Assembly: GCF_000150275.1 (NCBI RefSeq)
Contig: NW_002060951.1
Coordinates: forward strand, 2,848,580 to 2,912,579
DNA: 64,000 nt
DNA from: Trichoplax adhaerens
Taxonomy: Eukaryota; Animalia; Placozoa
Direction of reading: 5' to 3'
Shown here one piece after another: positions 56,710 through 64,000 of this stretch. The translations under genes were made by a program, and so were the position numbers. The notes under the pieces were generated by a model that saw nothing but the letters and a program-made list of their open reading frames with translations, was not told where the DNA came from and did no database searches. How positions within the stretch are numbered: position 1 is the first letter of the stretch; every line of letters starts with the position of its first letter.

Positions 56710-59700
56710 ATGGAAACTATGGCCTCCAAACTATGCACTTATTGTACAGTGAAGGAAGGTATATATAGATGCCCCAAGTGCAATGCCAGATAGTAAGTTG
56801 AATAGTATACTAGAGCTAAGTAACTACGGATTTTTAGCGAGTCGTGATTACTATGATGTGTTCAGCGTGGTTATGTAGTTTCAAAATTTGTTAGAGAACT
56901 GCTATACACGTTCTGTACATACTACGTTCACAATCTTCTTCGAGTTCATGAAGACTAGGTTTAAGATATGCATAAGGTGAAGACATAGCACACTATGCTT
57001 TTCTTATACTACACATACTGTAACTTAAATGAATTGCTCATTACTGTGCTCTATAATATTAGCAAATTTACTGTTAGTATGCTGCAGAATTACGATGCTG
57101 ACATCGTACCGTGTACGCTCGTTGAGTATAATAAACTGATTCTGTAAATTGTAAAACTCTAATGGCAGAGAAAGATTTCCCCTTACCTGCATGGTAAAAC
57201 TTAAACAATGTACGTTACGTAAAACCGCAGATTTCAGTCGCTGCACACCAGCATTCCTAAGGTCTTTAGCTACCAGTCTCGTGTGCTGGGGCTATGAACT
57301 TGCTTTTACAGAATCTCAACAAATGACCTTTGATGGTTTTCTGGGATTGTTGTTGTGCGCTATCGACAACTACATAATGTTTCTATATAATTAATTAGTT
57401 TCTGTTAAAGATCGTCATTTTACTATACAGTGCTATTGTAAATTGAAATACGTAGCGAGAAAATTAAATTACTTTTAGGTAATATGCTGTATGAACCTAT
57501 TGTCGGGACTGTCCTCTACGACGTCTACATCGTCAAGTTACAGAAAATTACACACGTCTCTCCTATATTAAACTGTGAACTCAAACTTTTTTGAAATTCC
57601 AATTTGTAACGAATCTGCTTACTGTTAGGTAGCGTTACAGAAGTATGTGATTGTCCATTATAACTTACAGTACTGTGCACTAACAGTCAGTTAGCTTAAA
57701 GAAATTTGTATTACGGCTACTACGCAAGAGTTCCTTCGTAATCCCAGCTCCATGACGAACGTCTTCAACTTTCATTGATGTATTGGATATAGGTCATAAA
57801 ATAATATGCAGATAATGCCTTGAATAATTAATTTACTTATGACATTGATGCGTATTAAATATTTTGACAGAGTTACAAATTCGATGATGTATATGAAATT
57901 CATATACAACATTCAATTTGCAACTCTGTTTACTTGTGATTGGCCCTACTGTATAATATATATCATATTAGTGAGTTTAAGACCATAAAGATTACAAAGG
58001 CGACTTAGCAGGGCTATTTCAGCTAAATACTGCTTGTGCGCCTGGTCTTGGCTGCCACTTTGCAGTGGAGAGTATAAGGTACAGCGTACGTACAGATATA
58101 GCAGACAGTGCAAAGGGTATGTTATTGCAGGCCTTAGTTTCAGTGAAAGATTGCAGATCGAGTGCGCTCGCTTCAAGCAAGTGAGCTCAACTAGTAATTT
58201 ATAATTATAATGAAATTCAATTATTGGTCAGACATCACAATTAAAATTGCTGAAATCCAAACTTGCTTATCTCACTGTAAATGCGTAGCACGTATCTATA
58301 TAGTATTTATTATTTATTTATGTAGCTCTAAGACCACTTATTTTTGAATCGAACTAAATGCTGAAAAAATAACTTATTTATTTACGTTTTCATAGCTGCT
58401 CTCTATATTGCTACAAAGAGCATAAAGGTAAGCCTATGTGACTGATTTGGTAAATAATGGCAGGGTGAGATCCGTATGTCTGGTAATTACTGTAATACTT
58501 TTTACTTTTTAAAACGCTGTGGACAGTGTACAGCAAATGTTAACGCACATCATAAAGTGCATAGAGAACGTGCTCTTATAGTGCCTAACTTAATCGTAGT
58601 TTGATATGTTGGCTAATGATCGTAAAGAGCTTCTTGGGTGAGCAATGTAGAGCATTTTTCTACAGTATTTAATGTATTTTTCGTCAGTTAATTATGGTTT
58701 TCAGCTGCAATGGCAAGTACGTTATGTAGTACTGTTACTGGGATTTTGTAGTGTCGGAGAAACTTTCGGTTTCGTTAATTATGTACTAGTAATTATAATC
58801 AGTTAGTATACTGTACAAATGTACATATGCGTACGTACTAATTTGCGAAATTGGAAATTTTACTCTGTTATAATTATTATTACATGTAGTTACATCGTGA
58901 TACTTCACATAAGTGAACAGAACCAGAACTAACTGGTATTATCAACAATATGATTTTCTGTTTACAGCATTTGAAGTACATAATATAGAGTTAGATGAGT
59001 AGACGTAACCATCTTATATATATGATCTTTTGTACACTTCGTTGAAACAATCCTGATCAACTGACGCGTGATGTTCCCGTGTGCGAGTTTCATAAAAAAA
59101 TTTAAATAATGCTATTTTAAAATGGGTTTGCGCTGCTGGAAGATTACATTATTTTTAATTGTTTCATAGACCTGTCACCTGTCCATAATGATATGATACG
59201 CCAATAGGGTAGTTTCAGCGAAGTGTACAAAAGTCCTTGTTAATTAAGATGGCTGTGTCTCATTAATAAGAATTTTCGTTTAAAGCTGAAAGTCTCACTT
59301 GAGTGTTGTACTTATACGCTCGTATGTGTAGATTCGAAAGTTATAACAATTGTTTGTGACACAGTCGTCACGTTATTTTGTTATTATTTAATTGATCATA
59401 ATAAATCTTTAAGCGAAATGTACTATTTTTTTCTTAAAAATATTTTCGAAATCTCGTTGCTTCTATAGATAGATGTAGTAAGGAAACTAGTCAGCTTTAT
59501 AGCAGACGTGATAACTGGGATGAATATTACTCAACAGGTATAAATGCTGCAGATTTTTTGTATGAAATCTAGTATATATTCTTTACATGATATCTTGTTA
59601 TATTATGTTAATGAATGATTTATAATGGCTTAATTGAATACCGAAAGCTAATTTGTGTTATAAAGAAATGAGAGGACTATCTTACGGAAAGGAAGAAGGG

Positions 59701-60953
59701 GAAATTTCTGATAATGGAGATGATTTAAGTTGTCACTCCTGCATTACAGCAGAGCAGTTGCAATGTATAGGTATGTATACATTAAATTTGATTGTAGTAA
59801 TTTCGCCTACAGTGTTGTAGTGGTAGTGGCACTCGTAAACTTCGTATGGTTCGTTCTATTCCTATTCATTGACGAATTTAGGGTCGTTATCTTTCTATCC
59901 TTTTTTGCCACCACACTCATGCTGCAACCGATGAAAACCGAAATACATTTAAATAAATATAGAGCAATTTGTATTGACTCTATAGGTTTTCTTACTGTTG
60001 TGCCCTTGAAAAATGCATCTCTGCTTGAGTTATTTCTCTGTAGCTTTGTCGTTAGAGTTGACAATGAGTAATATTCTTGATTTAGTTCTTATTCAAAGTG
60101 GAACATTCAGTTCGATATTGATAGCTATAAAGAATGCTTCTTCGTCGTCGATGTAGGATACCTTAAGAGAAATATAAAGAAAACAGATAAAAGCTATATA
60201 AATTAATTCTCTATACAGTATTCAGTGTATTTTGGTTCAACTGTAGTTTTGGTCATTGTAGTTAGTAGAAGGTGTCCTCTAGGAATCTGCTTTGTTACAG
60301 TTGCTACACTATTGAACGCAGGAATAAGATATATGTGTTAGATTTTGCATTCTCTAAAAATCCTAAAATATTTCATTTTAGTGTTTTGTATGTTTGTGCA
60401 GTTTATACGTATGTTGATAAGAAATTATATTAATATCGTGCCTTATTTATGTTCTGTGTATCATAGTAACGTGCTAAAATATCTCAGTAAATGAAAATAT
60501 ATGTATCTGCCTGATCTTGTTACTGAGTGAATAGATGAGGTTTACAGTAACTTATCAGATGGCGAGTGCCTTACTTCTGTACATTTATTGTATTAGTATA
60601 CATTAATTTATTAAAACGGAGCCTAATAGGAAACTGGTTTTTAATTTATATTATGCTTCTAGATAATTGATAATCTAAGTAGACGTGGTGTGTGAGGCAA
60701 TACAGTATATTGTCGAAAGTCCAATATAATTTTTCCAGTATATTCGTAAATTCTTACATGTAATGCTAATCTTTCATATTTTGTAGGGAGCAGTGAGTTT
60801 ATGGTCGAATTATTAAAGAACAAACATCTTAGACAAATGTTAAACGATATTAATACAGCAGTTAATCCTGATGAAGCTTTAGCAAAAGCCATGAACATAC
60901 CAATTTTTGAGGAGTTGGCTTGCGAATGTCTTTGTATAATTGCAAATGATTGA
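56710..60953 (+). CDS. ZNHIT3: Zinc finger HIT domain protein 3 (exons 56710-56792, 58396-58427, 59469-59537, 59666-59770, 60787-60953)
   Basis: CTYC....IYRCPKCNARY/CSLYCYKEHK is a zf-HIT domain. The C-terminal LLKNKHLRQML.DI......LAKAMNIPIFEELACECLCII matches the ZNHIT3/Hit1 C-domain. All exon phases are compatible; the two middle exons are less certain. Confidence 0.85.
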
Positions 60954-61437
60954 TTCTTATGATTTTTCAGTATTTATGTTTCACAAACTGCTGCTTCTCA
61001 ATGTTGGTTTATGTAACGGCATGATTTGCAGATAGTCCATGGTCGAGTTGTTTTATATGGATAGGAATGCGTTTGCTATTGAAGAAAGATATGATCTTTG
61101 AGATTAAAAATGTCGGTCATTACAGTAGAATATAAATGACTACGTCAGATTGCCAAAATTATTTGGTGTGAATAACTTCTACATATTCTTATACTGTACA
61201 ATGGTACATTGCCTATTTTATTGTTATTATTTAATAAAACTTTAGGCCTTTTATTTATAAGAGAGGTGTTGTTGAATTTAGCATGGATATCAAAGCCATC
61301 ACAAGTTACATAAATTCTATAACATTGTAGAACGTTAGTTACGATGGAAAAGAAACGTGCTACTGACAATATTCTCCTAATCTTTAACAACTGTAGACTT
61401 TCTAAGCGCGATAAACTTAAATCTGTGATTTTTACAA

Positions 61438-62240
61438 ATGTGTACTATACTGTACTGTACAGTACGATACACTCCTCTTTCTACAGTATTTGCTTCTAAC
61501 AAAGAGAACTTAAGAGGTTGTCACGGTCCTTGTAAGGATTCGGGCATTCTACAGTATACTGTACAGTATATGAATCTCATCGGAGTAGCCGATGTACTGT
61601 ACAGTACTGTACAGTACGTACAGTAGACATGGTCTCAAAATCACACTTACAGTACAGTACTGTACTTTACAGATTGAATGGTACTGTACAGTACAGTATA
61701 CAGTACAGTACAGTATACTGTACAGTACTGTACTGTACATTTAGAGGTCTTCATGTTCTGATACTGGAGGGTGCGGGAAAATACGAATTCAGCAACAGTA
61801 TAGTACTGTACAGTACTGTACTGTACTGTACAGTGTACAGCAGTGTAACAGCTAGATTATACTGTATACTGTAGTTTATACTGCAGTAATCAGTAGACAA
61901 AGATAGAGGGAACATTAGCAGATATGGGCGAAGACGAAATTGTTCCAGGTATAGATAAGAAATTAATCGAAGAATTTAAGAGAGATTTCGAAGGCGATGC
62001 TAAAAATTTAATTGCAAGAAACGTCATCACGCGCCATGGTCTTTCTGAGACATATCTTGATCGGGCTATTGTAAATGCGACTTCCCATGTCTTTCAATAC
62101 AAAGTTTCAGAAGCCAAACCAATAACGTGAGTATACGGCTGTAGTGTACACTGTGCAGTATAGTACTGTATATCCACATAGCCACATGCTGTACTGTACT
62201 GTACACTACATTGTACAGTATATTGTGTACAGTACAGCAT
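61438..62240. repeat. CAGTA/TACTG array flanking the first exon of bleomycin hydrolase
   Basis: Dense runs at 61438-61890 upstream of the ATG and again at 62140-62238 at the start of intron 1. Confidence 0.88.
61924..62126 (+). CDS. BLMH: Bleomycin hydrolase (peptidase C1B), first coding exon only
   Basis: F..DAKNLIARNVITRH.L....LDR......HVFQYKVSEAKPIT, then a GTGAGT donor at 62127 just before the expected NQKSSGRCW catalytic motif. Confidence 0.82.
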
Positions 62241-64000
62241 GAGTTGAACGGTTTATTTTTACAATTATAAAATAAAATAAAATAAAATAAAATTGATCTG
62301 AAGATAAGATTTTAATTATTAATTTCAATTTTAGAAATAATATCAATCAGTCAATCAAAAATATTCAAAATACGTTAGCTGCAGCAGCAAATTAATTTAT
62401 CTTAAGTATTTACTCGCTTTCGTGAATGATTGCCATTACATTGAGAAATACTTTTGTCCAGTAAAATACGTACCTGACGATTCTTTTTCAGTCAAGCTGT
62501 CCTTCTAGTTCCTTCGATTATTTTATTATAGTTACTAGTGCAAACATACAATATAGAAATTCATTACTTTAATTATAATTCGAAGAAATCACTTTAGTTG
62601 AACCGAAACCACAATATATTTTTACTTCCCGACAGTACGGGGGCAAGCATTTCGACCATAAACCGTCTACATTATTATAGCTTGGAGTTCAAAATGGGAA
62701 GTCATCCCTGCTGCTGCAGGGCTGTCATAGATTATACGAATTATTATTAAATAACCAGCAGTTTAGTAATTCATACTGTACTATAACTGCCGTTAAGCGA
62801 TAAGGGATTGGAAATATAATTTTTGACCAAGTACTATCTCGTACATTATTAAACTACAAAGGTTACGTTTTACCGATGCGTGATACCTTCATGAAAAAAT
62901 TTGTTGTATTTCTCTTTTCGACCGTTTCTGCTCACACGATACATTTATGCAAGTGCATACGCATACATCATCTATACTGTACTATAATAAAATTTTACAG
63001 TTGAAAATATGCTTTGCCTCGTTCACTTTACAGAGTTTAGCAATGCAGGCACAGTAATTTGTAGATTTTGTATATAATAATATACGTATAAATCACACCA
63101 CAACGGGCATAATATGATAAGAACCTGTGCACAAGTAAAGTGCTGTATAGTTAACAAATATGCAAATTATCACAAGCAGTGGGTTACCAATAATTAAGAA
63201 TAATATGCAGTTAAGATGCGTATACTGAGAAGTCGGATCAATCATTAGGGTTAGGGTTCGGCGCTAAAGCATATTCTTAGTGCTTTCTAAAATTGTACTA
63301 ATTACTGTAAACTAACCGGAACTAATTTTTTTAATACAGGTGTAATAATTAATTAATTGCCTACTAGCGAAACCCGTGGAAATTCCACGCAAAACAGTAC
63401 TTGTATAGTGTGATTTTAAGGCTCTATTTTAAGCTAATAAAGTACTGCATGGGGTTTTATTAAAAATTAATTAGTTATAATAATAGATGAGATACTTAAG
63501 GACAGAATTTCAGAATTTTTGATATTGGATAAATTAGCTCGGCCTTCCCATGAGTTTATCACTCTGCTGATTTAGATTTTGCTATTTAGTGGTGCAACAT
63601 AATAGAAGTACTACTGTACACTGAGTGTACAGTATATTACAGCACTATACGCGTATACGTACTTACAGTGTACATATCTATTGCATTGTTCTAGTGACAA
63701 TACAGTATAACACTGAGCATGTAAAGTAGAATCATAGAATATAAATGAGGATAATTTGATGATAATTATAATGTGAAGCACTGTAGTTGCAGACTACGCG
63801 TACACTACTAAGTTCGATGCAACGATCAAGATCCATCCTGCAGTTGTGCGGCTGTAATAAAGCTTATTCTAATTCTGAATCATCTCGGCATCTTGTCTGA
63901 TCGTTGTTGCATTTAGTTTCAGATCTACTATATGACTGTGCACATTGCAGTTCGGTTCGTTGAAACCTGGCTTGTGCTTCTAGTGTACCCAGTTAAATTT

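Noticed and set aside
63245-63258. TTAGGGTTAGGGTT telomere-like motif (also CCCTAA twice near 50590)
   Set aside because: Only two units; too short to call an interstitial telomeric repeat.

Overview
AT-rich, intron-dense eukaryotic (animal) genomic DNA. Short GT-AG introns, compact gene spacing and abundant CAGTA/TACTG pentamer arrays suggest a placozoan such as Trichoplax; this is inference, not proven. Genes reconstructed by hand from splice signals, in order: SIVA1 (-), an intronless CCHC zinc-knuckle/Cys-His-rich protein (+), a frameshifted B4GALNT-like glycosyltransferase pseudogene (+), three tandem syntaxin-1-like paralogues (-), Ran (+), a 24-exon SERCA pump (+), SAMD15-like (-), a DNAJC30-like pseudogene (+), VPS37 (-), ZNHIT3 (+) and the first exon of bleomycin hydrolase (+). 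Most short ORFs in the supplied track are artefacts of the pentamer arrays or are exon/intron read-throughs. Most notable observations: (1) a probable U12-type AT-AC intron with a non-consensus 5' site in SERCA; (2) strand-switching CAGTA arrays that sit at gene 5' ends and divergent promoters but are missing from two syntaxin paralogues; (3) two syntaxin paralogues with unusually long Ser/Thr/Gly-rich extracellular tails; (4) an intronless zinc-binding protein resembling a poorly characterised plant family. Exon boundaries were counted by hand and may be off by a few bases.
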